NCBI GenBank assembly: GCA_951406725.2
Contig: OX597824.1
Span: 70,556,001-70,620,000 of the forward strand
From: Octopus vulgaris
Lineage: Eukaryota
DNA length: 64,000 nucleotides
Direction of reading: 5' to 3'
In this document: positions 25,915 to 40,199 of the stretch, in pieces
Numbering within the stretch: the first letter of the stretch is position 1
How the letters are laid out: each line of letters opens with the position of its first letter
Translations under genes and position numbers: made by a program
The notes under the pieces: model-generated
The model's input: only the letters and a program-made list of their open reading frames with translations
What the model was told of the DNA's origin: nothing
Databases searched by the model: none

Positions 25915-26325
25915 TCTCGTTTACTTGTTTCAGTCATTTGACTGCGGCCATGCTGGAGTACCACCTTTAGTCGAGCAAATCGACCCCCAGACTTATTCTT
26001 TGGAAGCCTAGTACTTATTCTATCGGTCTGTTTTGCCGAACTGCTAAGTTATGGGGATGTAAGCACACCAGCATCGGTTGTCAAGTGATGTTGGGGGGAC
26101 AAACACAGACACACAAACATATACACACACATACATATATTAAATATATACATATATACGACAGGCTTCTTTCAGTTTCTGTCTACCAAATCCACTCACA
26201 AGGCTTTGGTCGACCTGAGGCTATAGTAGAAGACACTTGCCCAAGCTTCCACGCAGTGGGACTGAACCTGGAACCATGTGGTTCGTAAGCAAGCTACTTA
26301 CCACAAAGCCACTCCTGCACCTATG
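25915..26325 (-). mobile_element. Family A SINE
   Basis: Full-length reverse-complement copy. Confidence 0.9.
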
Positions 26326-26777
26326 TTGTCTATCTTTTATTATCATTGTTATGAGTTATCATAGGTAAAAGGCCTGGATTTTGTGGGGAAGGGGACAATC
26401 GATCACAGTACTCAACTGGTACTTAATTTATCACCCCCTCCCCCGAAAGGATGAAAGGCAAAGTTGACTTTGGTAGAATTTGAACACAGAATGTAGCAGC
26501 AGACAAAATACTGCTAAGCATTTCTCGCCCTGTATGCTAATGATTCTGCTTGCTAAATGTTTGTGTCTCTACCCCCCCCCCCCCTCTCTATACACACACA
26601 CACACACACTCTTCCCAGTTTCTGAAAGCTTTTTTAGGTCTTACTGTGACAGATGAAAGTTGAATGGTTGACCCCAGACGACCCAGAAAAGGTGGCCTTC
26701 TAAACACCTGAGTGTCATTGACCTACTCTGAGAGAAAAAGTTTGTGTGTGTGCGTGTGTGTGTGCTGAATGATTCAC

Positions 26778-26810
<33 letters not shown>

Positions 26811-27485
26811 CTTTTAACCTTTCTCTCCTTCATCCCTCTCTCTCTCTTCCCTCTTTTACCTATCTTCCTCCTCTCTTTCTCTCTCTACTAGTTCTTTCCA
26901 TTCCAAGTTCCTGGTATTTTGTGAGGGAGAGTGGAATACACCTGTGCTGTCACCTCTCTTGTGGATAGTTGTGTTTATTTTCTCCCACCCCACATCACTG
27001 TCTTCTGTTGCCAGCTACAGGGCCAAGTCTTGGGTCGGGGTTGGAGTGGGGATGACATTTAGGATAGCATCCTCCCCCTCTCTTTCCTACTAATTCCCTC
27101 CTACCATCCTGAGACCTTATAATGGCCACACACTCCCTAGCAGGTACTACCCTTCTCTTCTAAGAGAATTAAAAAGACCCACACACACATGCCAACATAC
27201 ATGCCCACACAAACACATATACTTGCGCACACACGCATACATGCCCACATATATGTATACATACATGCCCACACCCACATATGTGCCAACACACACATAC
27301 ACACACTCACACCTAGTTTATGTAACTATTACTTAGGAAGGATGAAATATTTTCTCTGTGGTGAGGAGCATCTTTCTACATCACGGGTGAGGAAACTTTT
27401 TAGTGTAGTGGACAAAAGTTTCCAAAGGAAAAGGTCTGTGGGAAAATCACAAGTTCTAACTCTTATATTTGTGTAATTTTGTATA

Positions 27486-27583
27486 TGTCTATGTATAATT
27501 TGATATACACTAATAAAGATAAGTTTAAGACATTTGTCTATGTATAATTTGATATACACTAATAAAGATAAGTTTAAGACATT
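27486..27583. repeat. Perfect 49-bp tandem duplication
   Basis: tgtctatgtataatttgatatacactaataaagataagtttaagacatt twice. Confidence 0.95.
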
Positions 27584-28134
27584 TTAATTAATGTGTAACA
27601 TCTTCATTAACACTGTCACTGAATTTAGGACGTTTATATTTTGTGGTATTCTATATTTTTCGGCTAGAATGTAGTTAGGTCTCAAGAGGGTGGTACAAAC
27701 CTAGCAATATGTGTTATATAGTGAATACAAAATTTCCATTCAAATGGCAATTACCAGACCATTTCCTTCTGTTTGAGTCTAACCATTTTAAGTTGTAGTG
27801 GAAACAAGACCTATGTTGCAAACAGGCATATGAATATTGTATAAATTTTATAATTGAAAAATTTACTATATTTTGTACAAACAAGTATACCAGCCTGCAG
27901 GCGCCGCTGCGTCCGCGGGTGGGAGTTTCTCCACTCCTGATCTATATTGAACTTAGCAACAAAATATATACACACCATTATGAACCACCCCACTTCCAAC
28001 TGCTGACACATCAAACCTAAAAAGAAGGGGCTCAGCAACAGTGATAAACCAATTCAGTCAGTATTTAGATCCTTTATACTAACTAGAATACTGGACTTCA
28101 TTATGGCCTGGTGGTTTCTTGACTGTTTGTTTCC

Positions 28135-28981
28135 TTAACCCTCTTGGGGCACTTCAAGCTGAAAGGACTTTGAGGCTGTGAAACAAACGTTTTGAAGTGT
28201 AATAGCCAATCAAAGATCGTCTTTCAGTAGATATAATATATAACTATATATTTGAAATACTAATAAGGTAGTCTTAAGTACTCTATCCTTTGTTTTCTAC
28301 CTGCACCCATCAATTTCAATCACATCAGAAAAAACATGTTGCGTCTTTATTGGCAACACATACCACCAAAACACTGCGTCTCAAAAGGTTAACACTTTAG
28401 CATTCAGATAACTCTGTCAGATGTAATGCTTATTATTATTCACATTGTTTTCAGTTAATCATGCATTATCTAATAACTTTGAGATTTTGATAAAATGATG
28501 CTTTTGGATGAGGACAGCTGTATAAAAAAAGTGCCAATCTCTAAATGTAGAGGGCACCTGTGGATGAGGTGGTGAAGCAAGATCTTCGAACATTGGGCCT
28601 CACAGAGGTGATAAGTGACCAAGACTTTTGGCAATATACTGTGTTTGAAAAACTCGTTAAGCCAAGTGAAATCGTAGTTGTGGCCGATGCCGATGTCACA
28701 TAACTGGTACCATGCCACCCATTACACTCTTGGAGTGGTTGGCATTAGGAAGGGCATCCAGCTATAGAAACCATGCCAAATCAGATTGAAACCTCTATAG
28801 TCAAACTGTCTAACCCATGTCAGCATGAAAAGTAGATGCTAAATGATGGTGATGATGATGATTGTTTATTTTTAGAATGACATTGTTGGGTAGATGTGAA
28901 AGGCCAGATCCAGTCAGTATGAACATAAAACAAGTGGAATATTTGAGCTGGATATGGCCGGTTTAAATACTAAAGAGTTAA
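28135..28981. mobile_element. Two abutting TTAA MITEs sharing one TTAA; the second carries an RTE fragment
   Basis: TTAA at 28135, 28389 and 28978. RTE ORF end and (GAT)n tail at about 28497-28860. Confidence 0.75.
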
Positions 28982-30324
28982 TTATTTAGTCAGTTAATAT
29001 GAGAGATGACCTTATCCAGTTGTTGGCCCTATAGTGTTTGTGTGGTGAGCAAGATTGAGCCTCCTCAGGTGGATGTGAATTAGTGGCAGGTGAGGAGGGT
29101 AGACATGGGGCTGTAATAGTGGAGTTGGAATGGCTGAGAGGGGTGGCTACCAACAGTATTGCTGGTGGGGATGGGGACAGTCTACCCTGGGTGACACTTT
29201 TATGAGGGAGACACTTTTGGGTCTGCTGTATAAACCTGTTTAGGCTTGGGGGCCCAGAATTGAAGGAATGGTAGAAAAGGGCTCCTTCCAAATGGATGAT
29301 ACATTCACTAGCCTCTTCCCTGGTGGCCACAGTGACGATAGTCAAAGGTTGCTTTATCACTGTTGTTGTTGGACCCTTATCAAGCGGATCACTGATAATC
29401 TTCCCATCACCATCCCAGATTTTATTTCATATTTATTCATTCTTGTGGTCATTGTGTATTAAGGACTAGAATATGGGATGTGTTTTTCCTTTCATAAACA
29501 GCGAAAGGTGTATTTGAAGGAGGTTAGGCTGTTATTTCTAGCAAGCTAAGCAATCATGTGGAGAAGTTTCTTAGTTAACTTGTGGTGGTAGCAATGGTTG
29601 TTGTTGTCTGTTTAGCTTCAGGTCAATCCTGATTGAGCAAACCTATGGAATTAGGGTAGCTTCAGGCATTGGGTATCTATCTGTCATAAGATATCTATAT
29701 ATTCTTCAATGCTAATTTTAAATATTTCCTTTGAAGATAGTGGAATGAGGAGATTAACAAGAATTTGACTGCTGTTTCTAACAGGTCAAACGACCATGTA
29801 GAAGTGCCTCTTGTTGGTGAGTTGTGGTATTGGTTATGGTAGTGGGTGGGGTTTGAGTGGGGAGTGGGTGGTGGAGGAGCAAAATCATGACTGTTTTTGT
29901 GATAGTTGCTTTGATGGTGATGATTGGTAGCAGGGTTGGGGTGCCAAGGGTGATGGTGGTGAAGTTATTGATGAATATTATTATCATTATTATTATTATT
30001 ATTAGTAGTAGTAGTAGTAGTAACAACTGTTATGTCAGTGTTATGATTGTCCAGTAACTTAACTGTGATGGCCAATTGTCAAATACGGGGTTGGCTTGTA
30101 AACATTTTGGTTTTGACATCTGTTTGTAGTTGTAGGTGTCAATAGTTGTTGTGGTTGTAGTACCAGTGTGTTAGTTAACTTATAAAATACAAGTGGTGGT
30201 GGCCTACAGGTGAGAGGGGTGACAGTGCTAAATTTGTTTGTTGACCACAAACACTCAGAGGGGAGGGGAGTTTGCTGCATAGTGGTGGTGGTTGTTGTTG
30301 TTCTGGTCCCTCGGTCAGCTTCAA

Positions 30325-31198
30325 TCTCAAGTACCTTGAGAGAAAAGTTGAACCTAAGAAGCATCAGATGTGGTGTGCAAGAGAGACGACTGCGCTGGTA
30401 TGGTTATGTGGTGAGAATGGATGAGGATAGCTGTGTGAAAAAGTGCCACACCCTAGCGGTTGAGGGAACCTGTGGAAGAGGTAGATCCAGGAAGACCTGG
30501 GATGAGGTGGTGAAATATATCCTTCGAACATTAGGCCTCACCGAGGCAATGACTAGTGACTGGGACCTTTGGAAATATGCTGTGTGTGAGAAGACCCGGC
30601 AAGCCAAGTGAAACCATAACCCATGGCCTATGCCAGGGGTGTAACCAGCCCACTTATGCATACCTTTCCTTCATTGGACATTAAACTCTGCTTGCGAAGA
30701 CCTGTTGAAGCAAGTGAAATCGAAATCGAAATCAAATTCGATGACTGGCATCTGTGCTAGTGGAGCGCTAAGAACACCATGTGAGCATGATCGTTGCAAG
30801 AGCAGCTGACTGGCTTCCATGCCAGTGGCACATAAAAAGTACCATTTGAGCATGATCGTTACCAGTGTCGCCTTACTGGCACTTGTGCCAGTGGCATGTG
30901 AAAAAACATTCGAGCAAGGTCGTTGCCAGTGCTGCTGGACTGGTTCCTGTGCAGGTGGCATGTAAAAAACACCATTTGAGCGTGGCTGTTGCCAGTACCA
31001 CCTGACTGGCCCTTGTGCTGGTGGCACGTAAAAGCACCCACTACACTCTTGGAGTGGTTGGCATTAGGAAGGGCATCCAGCTGTAGAAACTCTGCCAGAT
31101 CAGATTGGAGCCTGGTGCAGCCATCTGGTTCACCAATCCTCAGTCAAATCGTCCAACCCATGCCAGCATGAAAAGCAGACGTTAAACGATGATGATGA
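30325..31198 (+). mobile_element. RTE-clade LINE 3' end with (GAT)n tail
   Basis: STLREKLNLRSIRCGVQERRLRWYGYVVRMDEDSCVKKC...GRGRSRKTWDEVV...EKTRQAK*, then a repeat-containing UTR and taaacgatgatgatg. Confidence 0.92.
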
Positions 31199-31279
31199 TA
31201 TATATTCATATACATACATTTATATACACATACATACATATACATATATATATATATACACACACATATATATACACAC

Positions 31280-31337
<58 letters not shown>

Positions 31338-31890
31338 TCATTTATATATGCAAACAATTAATATACATGTGTGTGTTTACGCACAGAATCTGTAATATGT
31401 GAAAGATTATGCTGGAATATTTGATATGGCAGCTTGGTTGCAATCACCTGTCAGTTCTTCAGACTTCACAAATGGTGTTGTTGTTGCTCATAAACTTCAT
31501 GCATCTTATAATGGACACCAACACCCACTGGTTTCTATGCATGTATTCTCATATACATGCAGCATGGATGGTTGGATGTGTGTGTGTGTGTGTGTGTATA
31601 TATGTATACTTACCCCCCACCACCACCACTCACACAGTGTCTTTCCTTCAGCTCTACACCATCCCTGCCCCTACCTTCTTCTATTGTCAAGAAAGGAGTT
31701 CTACACATGTTTTGTATTATATGTGTCTGTGTGCACATGCTTACTGTTTGTGTGTGTTAATACAAATATATTTTCATTTAGAAACTTGAATTTATGTAAC
31801 TAGGTATACATACATTTGCACAGTGCACACACACATCTATCTTTCCATATATCTACCTATATTTTTTCTATGTCTACCTGTGTATGTCAA

Positions 31891-31941
<51 letters not shown>

Positions 31942-32156
31942 CTACCTTTACATCTTTCTGTATACACTCCTATTTCTTTCTGTACCTACTTCTACTTCTG
32001 CCTTTCATATCTTTATCTATCTGTCTGTTTGTCTGTCTTTACAATAAGCATATTTATACATAGATGCGTGCATGTATGAATATATAGCTTTATATTTCCA
32101 TACACAGCCGTACATGCGCACACCCGTGTATGTATGTATGTATGTATGTATGTATG

Positions 32157-32204
<48 letters not shown>

Positions 32205-32818
32205 TGTATATATTTAGATATATGTATATAACCCACACGCATACACACACCGATTGTGTATATAATTCATGTCTTTCTAAATACATGTATATATTGGGGG
32301 TGTGCTGCTTAAAGCTTTGAGGGCTTAAATGGAATTGTGTAACTAGCAGAATAACCAAAGTTGAAAGGAAGTAATTCTATAGAAGAGTGCTTCCATTTGA
32401 CTGATAGTTGATGTATATCATTACTTTCTCATCTTTAAGAAGATGATGAAATGGTAAATAAACAGACTCCCAACCAGACCAACAGATTGTCAGTAGGAGG
32501 GATATGGAAATATGAATGGTTCTGAAAATGTGTGTGTCTACATGAATTGTGTGTGTATGTGTGTGTGTGTATCTGTGTGTGAATGCATAGATATATACAA
32601 GAGGGTTTTTGTGTGTGTGTGTATGTGTGTGTGAATGCATAGATATATACAAGAGTGTGTTTGTGTGGGGGTGTGTAGGTTTGTGTATATGTTTGTGTGA
32701 GAGAATCATATGTATACTAATGCATTCATTTGAAGATGAACTTCCATACATAAACGTTTCTAAATGCCAATCCATTTAAACATAAATATATTATAAATAT
32801 ATACACCCACCTTCATTT

Positions 32819-32851
<33 letters not shown>

Positions 32852-33493
32852 GTACAAGAGTGTGTGTGTTTGTATATACACGCATATGCACATATGTGTG
32901 TCAAAACAATGATATTTGTTAGGCAGCTGAAGATGGGCTGTATTTGTTTTTAATTTTTCTGTGTGTTGTTGTACTCTGAAGCATTTATATCGTGTGTTCT
33001 CATGGTTCTAATTTGTTGTTCATTGAAATTCTAGTTCTCATAGGGTTAAACTTGTTTAGGGATTCCTTGGTTTCTTGGTTTATGGTGGTTTTTGTTGCAT
33101 AATATTATACAATATGTTGATAGTGCATGACTGTCCTTCATTGAGATTAGACTTCTGGTAAAGGTTATTCTTTTAAGGAGCTTTGTTGTTTATGGAGGTT
33201 TTGTTTGTATGTGTGTGTATATATATATACATACATACACACATAGAGTATACAGAGAATGTGTGTTTCAGTCAGTTGCTTATATAGATTCATGCTAACA
33301 AATGCCTACACAGTTATGATCATTCATGCGTACAAAATTATTTCCATGCAGACTTTACACATGCACGAGACATTTACAATGACGTATCAATGAACCAATA
33401 AGGAAGCCTCTGTATGGTCCCTCGATCTGCTAGAAACAACAGCCAAATCTTCCTTTGAATTACATCCTACTTTTCTACGAAAGGAGACTTTGA

Positions 33494-33721
33494 TTAACCG
33501 TTTAGTATTCAGAGTATTCTGTCAAATGTAAAACTTATTAATTCATATTGTTTTGAACTAGTCAAGTATTATCTTGTTGCTTTGAGAATTTGCTGATGTG
33601 ATTGTTTATTTTTAGAATGACATTATAGGGTAGATGGAAGAGGCCAGATCTGGTCAGTTTGAATTTAAAACATGGAGAATAATTTGTCTGGATATGGGTG
33701 ATTTAAATGCTAAAGAGTTAA
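33494..33721. mobile_element. piggyBac-type (TTAA) MITE
   Basis: Same family as 25504-25730, flanked by TTAA. Confidence 0.8.
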
Positions 33722-33904
33722 TGTGATTTTAGATTCCCTAAGCTGGTCATGATTGGAATGCTTTCGGTTATAGCTCTGCTTGATTGCAGCTGACCTTGGG
33801 CTAAAAAGTACAGTAAAGCATATAACTGTGCACCAGCATTTACATATCTACTTAGCTCTCACAGTTTTAAATGCACACACACATAAATTCTCTAATCTCC
33901 TACA

Positions 33905-34194
33905 CAGGGACTAAATGGCCCATACAACTATAAGATGTCAATAGTAAAATCACTCTTTAGGAGAGTATTTATAGTCTCATCCACAAACAATGCACTAGAG
34001 AAAGAAATAGATAGAATTCAACAAACATTAATTAACAATGGATTCTCTCGTAGACTTGTGGACCTAGCTCTAAAGGAATTCGAGCAGAAAACAATACTAC
34101 AAATACATCAGAGGGTATGCATAATAGAAATATACAAACCACACATGAAATCTTCTACATGAATCAAACACACAAAATCTATTTTGAACAGATG

Positions 34195-34235
<41 letters not shown>

Positions 34236-35030
34236 AATTAATAAATAAATAAAACAGATGCATATATACATACATATATGTACGTACCTACCTCTACATG
34301 TATATATATATGCATATATGGGTACAGGACACCAAAAAAACGTTGAACACAATGAGAAACGAAAACATAAACACAAAACCAAGGAAATGGACATTTTTCT
34401 TAAACAACGAAAAAATAGAGTACAGGACATACAAAACAAGGAAAATTCCCCTTCTTCAGTCGCCTTTGTTTCATCTACTCCACGTTTCGAAGGTCAAGGC
34501 GATACATGACTTTAATGAAACAATCCTTCCCGCGAAAATCAAATTAAATAAAATTTGAGATTTTTTTGCGGATGGGTAAAAATGGTAACATAAACAGGAC
34601 AGTAACGACAGTACAAAATATAAACAGTAAAAGACAGGGCAAGAAAATCTTTTGTAAAATATAACACAAATTGCATCTTTACTTCAAAAACACTGAGACC
34701 AAAAAAACGTCCTTATCAATAACACATACAAACTTGTGAGCCCCAAAACAAACTGCTTATGACCAAATTGATCTGTGAGTTTGGCTGTGAAACTGAAAGT
34801 TGCAAACTTCAGGACACTAGCTGTTACATTGGGCAAATCATCATAACATTGTCACATAGGCTTACCATGCATTTGCAACATGGAGCTATTGCACAACATT
34901 ACACTTCACACCACAAAATTAAATTAGACAGGAAAATATGTACTTTGTGAAATTCCATTGAGATATAGAAGATTAATTCTGGAAACCATACTCATATTGC
35001 AATACAGTGCCAAAATTATCTCATGCAAAC
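33905..35030 (+). pseudogene. Penelope-like element ORF relic (RT C-terminus plus GIY-YIG), split by an insertion at about 34195-34650
   Basis: YKMSIVKSLFRRVFIVSSTNNALEKEIDRIQQTLINNGF (PLE RT thumb) and LICEFGC...C...YIGQIIITLSHRLTMHLQHGAI (GIY-YIG). Confidence 0.85.
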
Positions 35031-37624
35031 ACTTGCATCAAAAAATTAGCAGATGGCTACTGACATAATAAATAAAAAAACCCAAAAAAACTAACGGTCA
35101 AAATTTGACTAACAAACAAATTAATATGTGACGGCTAGTGCATGATGTTAACAGTCAAAAAAATATAAACTTTGATGAGAAAATGATGTATTATGATATG
35201 TATATGTGTATATATGTGTGGATTTATTAACTTCCCTGATAGGTGCTGGCATGATTGTGTGATTAAGAAGCTTGCTTTTCAGCTACATGGTCTCAGGTTC
35301 AATCCACCTACATGGCACCTTGGTCGGATGTCTTCTACTATAACGCCAGGCTGACCAAAACCTTGTGAGTGGATTTTCTAGACGGAAACTGAAAGAAGCC
35401 CATCATGTGTGTGTGTGTGTAGGTATGTACATGTGTGTATATACATGTTTGTGTGTATCTGTATATGTGTGTATCTGTACATGTGTGTATATACTTATAT
35501 AGATGTGTATATATACGTGTGTATAGATATATAGATATGTGTTTCTGTCTTTTTTTGATACCATGTGATAGTTGTAAATGAGTATCACTGTCATACAAGC
35601 AGTGACTTTCATTTCGAACCTTCAGAGGAAATGTTATCCTACTTGGAAACAGGTAAGGGCTGGTGATAAGAAAGGTATCCAGCCATGCAAACATGAAACA
35701 GTGGCTGTTAAAACGATGATGATGGTAACTGATTAGGAGCATCATAACAGAATTATAAAGCACCCAGACCAATAGATTAGCATTTGCCCACTAAATCCCT
35801 GGGACTTCTTGGACGCTGCCCACTGTGCCACGGCTTAAGACAATACTGTGTTTGAGTGTAATTCTGTGAGTGTGTGATGGGATTGGTATTTTTCGAGCGT
35901 GTGTATGGGTGTGTACGGTGTAGATTTTTATTATATTTGCATAAGTATATACACATTTATATACCCATGTACTTAAATGTACCTGTGCATGTATGTATAT
36001 GCTATGTTTTGAAGTGTATGAGTTTATATATACATGTTATGTACATGAATGCATTCATGCACATGCATGCATATTAATAATTTGTTATATATATATATAT
36101 ATTATATATCACTCACAAATATGTTTATACTGTATATTTTTACACACAAATAGAGAAAATGTATAAGCACTTGTGTATATGTATATATATTTGTGTGTAT
36201 ATAAGTATACACTCATACATACACATTTCTTGAGAAACAAATTACGTACATATATGTAAACATTCATTCACATACGCATTCATGCACATGCTTACTTATA
36301 CACATATACACATATTCATACATACCTGTACAGATGTACATACATAGACTTATGTGCACATTTATGTACACACACACACACGCTCGTATACATATATGCT
36401 CATACATTTATACACACATGCACTCACACACACACAATAATTAAATAGCTGAGGCAAATCTCAACTCCTACTCTTAACAAACTAGCAATCAACATTTTCT
36501 TATAAAAACCAATCTATTATTGTAGGTGCTGTTTTTGCTCTTGTTGTTGTTGTCTTCATCATTTTCTTCATCTTCCACAGTTTTTTTTTTGGTGGGGGGG
36601 GGTGTGTGTTTTTTTGTTTCCTTGTAATTTCATCTCTCTTTTGTCTTTCACCCTCCTTTCTTCGTTTTTCCTTTTCCTTTCTTCTCCTTAACTTTCATCT
36701 TTTGAAATTCTCTGTGTTTCTTCGATTTGTCTTTTGTTTACGAAAACCGAAAGACAAGAAGAAACCCTTCCAAAACATAGCAAAAATGATAATGCAAAAC
36801 AAAAAACAGAGCAAAAAAATAAACAAAACAAAACATAACAAAACACAGTTGTTGCCTTCTTAGATGTTTGCAAGTTTGAGGTGGGGGAGTTGGCGGTGGG
36901 TGAAGGTAGTAATAAAAGGTACAGGGGTAGTGGTGGTGAGGACAAGGGCTGGTTTTATTGTTAACTTTGCATGTATGTATATATATATATATATGTATGT
37001 GTGTATATATATATATATATATATGTAATGTGTGCTGTTTAGATCAAATTGAGGATTTTAGTTGTGTTTTTTTTTTTCTGGGGGGTTTTTCTTTCAATTT
37101 CTTTTGCTGGGTGGTTTAGGGGTCGATGTGTGTGTGGAGGGGGAGGTAGGGAAATGATGGTTTCAATTTGTTAATGTTTTTATTTATTTATTTTTTTTAT
37201 TTTTTTAACACACTAACTTCTTCCATTAACACCACAATTAAGTTGACTACCTTGGAAATTTCTAAGACATGCATCGATTTCATGGATACAAAACATGCAT
37301 GTATATATATATATACATATATATATATATGTGTGTGTGTGTGTAAACATACATGTATTATACACACACACACATACAGATGCATGCATGTATATTGTGC
37401 TCATTTATATGAGTGATACACAGGCATATACACAAGAACAGACACATACACACATTGTGTATATGTATACATACAGACACATGTGAGTGTGTGTGTGTAC
37501 ATTCACTCCTCACCCCTAAGACGGATCTCATTAACTTCTTTGTAAACGCTGCTGTATAACAAGAAATGTTTCTGCAATATTTTCAATATATTATCATCAT
37601 TGCTGTTATTACTATTTTATTGTT

Positions 37625-37674
<50 letters not shown>

Positions 37675-38269
37675 CGGTATTAATATTATCGGCATTATTG
37701 TTATTTTAATGCTTTTATTTTTAACATGATTGCTTCTTCTTCTTCTGCTGGTTGTGTTCTTGTTTATATTGTTGCTGTTGTTGTTGTTCTAATCGAGGTA
37801 ATGTTAGGGAAGAAAATACATGTCCATACATTAAGATTCTTTAGATGACAAGGATGAAAAGCTGTTTATTTTTCTCCGCCGCCACTGGTCAATACCACTT
37901 AATTTATTGACTCAAATATACCGGGGTGTGTGGGAGGGAGGAGGAGGGTTTGGGTTAGGTTTTTTTTTGTTGTTATTAGTTTTTTTAATCTTTTTTTATT
38001 CCTTTCAATTGTCTGGAATTGCTCTACCTGCCACCTTCCTCCCTTCGTTCTGTTTATAAGTGTGTGTGTTTATGTTATATGCACATGTATTTGTGTGTGT
38101 GTGTGTGTGTGTGTTTTATCTTGTTTCAGTCATTAGACTGTGGCCATACTGGGGCACAGCCTTGAATTTTCAGTCAACTGAATACATATATATGTAGATG
38201 TATACATATGTAGATACACTTGTGTGTATATGTATGTGCATGTGTGTGCATGTATATATGTTTTTTTGT

Positions 38270-39128
38270 TTCTATTCATTTCAGTCATTTTACTGCGGCC
38301 ATGCTGGAGCATCACCTCTAGTCTGACAAATTTACCCCAGGACTTATTCTATGTAAGCCCAGTACTTATTCTGTTGGTCTCTATAGCTGAACCACTAAGT
38401 TACAGGGGCATAAACACACCAACATTGGTTGTCAAGCAATAGTGGGGGAACAAACACAGATACATATACATACACACACGCACACACACACATAGGATAG
38501 GCTTCTTTCAGTTTCCGTCTACCAAATGCACTCACAAGGCTTTGGTTGGCCCAAAGCTATAGCAGAAGCTTCTTGCCCAAGGTGCCACGCAGTGGGACTG
38601 AACCCAGAACCATGTGGTTGGGAAGCAAGCTTCTTACCACATAGCCACTCCTGCACCTATATATATATGTGTGTGTGTGTATGCATGTGTATCTATATTT
38701 GTGTATGTGTGTGTGTATATGTATATATATATACACACACACACATGTGCAGGGGTAGCTGTGTGGTAAGTAGCTCGCTTACTAACCACATGGTTCCGGG
38801 TTCAGTCCCATTGCATAGCACCTTGGGCAAGTGTCTTCTACTATAGCCTAGGGCTGACCAAAGCCTTGTGAGTGGATTTGGTAGACGGAAACTGAAAGAA
38901 CTCCGTCATATATATGTATATATATATATATGTGTGTGTATTTGTCCCCCCCCCCCAACATCGCTTGACAACTGATGCTGGTGTGTTTACGTCCCTGTAA
39001 TATAGCGGTTCGGCAAAAGAGACCAATAGAACAAGTACTAGGCTTACAAAGAATGTCCTGGGGTCGATTTTCTCAACTAAAGGTGGTGCTCCAGCATGGC
39101 CACACTCAAATGACTGAAACAAGTAAAA

Positions 39129-39130
<2 letters not shown>
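38270..39130. mobile_element. Head-to-head inverted pair of family A SINEs
   Basis: Minus copy 38270-38660 and plus copy 38748-39130, separated by about 90 bp of microsatellite. Confidence 0.9.
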
Positions 39131-39171
<41 letters not shown>

Positions 39172-39552
39172 TTGAAAAATTAATTCATTGAACAATGATA
39201 ATCTACCACTACAACCATCTTATGAGAGACAGACAGACAGTTTTAAAATAAGTACTGGGGCCGATTCATTGAACTAAAATTCTCAAGATAGTGCCCCAGC
39301 ATGGCCACAACCTAATGACTGAAACAAATAAAAAACAAAAGAAACCATGAGAAATGTTTCACTACCTTTTTTCTGGCACTTTACATTCTGACTTCAAAGC
39401 CCATCAAGGTTGGCCTTACCATCCTTCCTTTTGGGGTCACTAAGATGAAGTACTAGTCAAGTACTGGGGTTATATAATCTCCTTATCCCTTCCTTCAGAA
39501 TTGCCAAAATTTTCCCAAAACTAGAATTATTATTATTATTATTATTATTATT

Positions 39553-40098
39553 GAGTGAGAGAGCAGTGCATGCCATCAAAATGACACTGGGGTAAAATAT
39601 TCAAAGTCCAATATACCTATCATGACTACCCATATGATAAGGGTACACCAGGCACATGCATCACAACCATATGTGCGCGACATGGTGATCTCATATCAAG
39701 ATAAACAGCACATGACCTTGCAGGTGGGGCCCAGTTAGAATTTTCTTCAGGTTGAGTAGCCCATCCCGCTCAAAAGGTCCCTGAATAAGGGTTGTTTAAG
39801 GATGTTGAATGAAACACGCATGTTTCCAAAAATGAATTATTCAAACCCCAAAGAATCCCTCTCAACACATGGCTGTGATGCTCCCTCACTACTTCTGCTT
39901 GTGATCAGAGATGCACATATCATCAGCCACTAAGGGACATGCTCAACTGGTTAAGGTCAAACAACTAACAAGCATATCTGTGGTATTGATCAGAATATTT
40001 GCTGTAGCCCATCTTTTATGCCAAGACAAAACAATGTACATGATAGCACTTCCAATCAGTTAAGATCAGAAGCCATGAGAGCCGCTGCCTGGTACTGC
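39553..40098 (-). mobile_element. (TAA)n-embedded retroelement 3' region
   Basis: Flanked on both sides by (TTA)n. A truncated copy at 21043-21186 has the same end at (TTA)n. Confidence 0.7.
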
Positions 40099-40199
40099 TA
40101 TTATTATTATTATTATTACTATTATTTAAGATGTTTCACAGTATCCAATATCATGATGTTGTAGATAGAAGATATTGTGTCTACTGGTGGTTTGTCCTG

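Noticed and set aside
27888-27925. GC-rich patch, possible Helitron end or CpG element (similar case at 9578-9611)
   Set aside because: The terminal motif is degenerate and the other end was not found.
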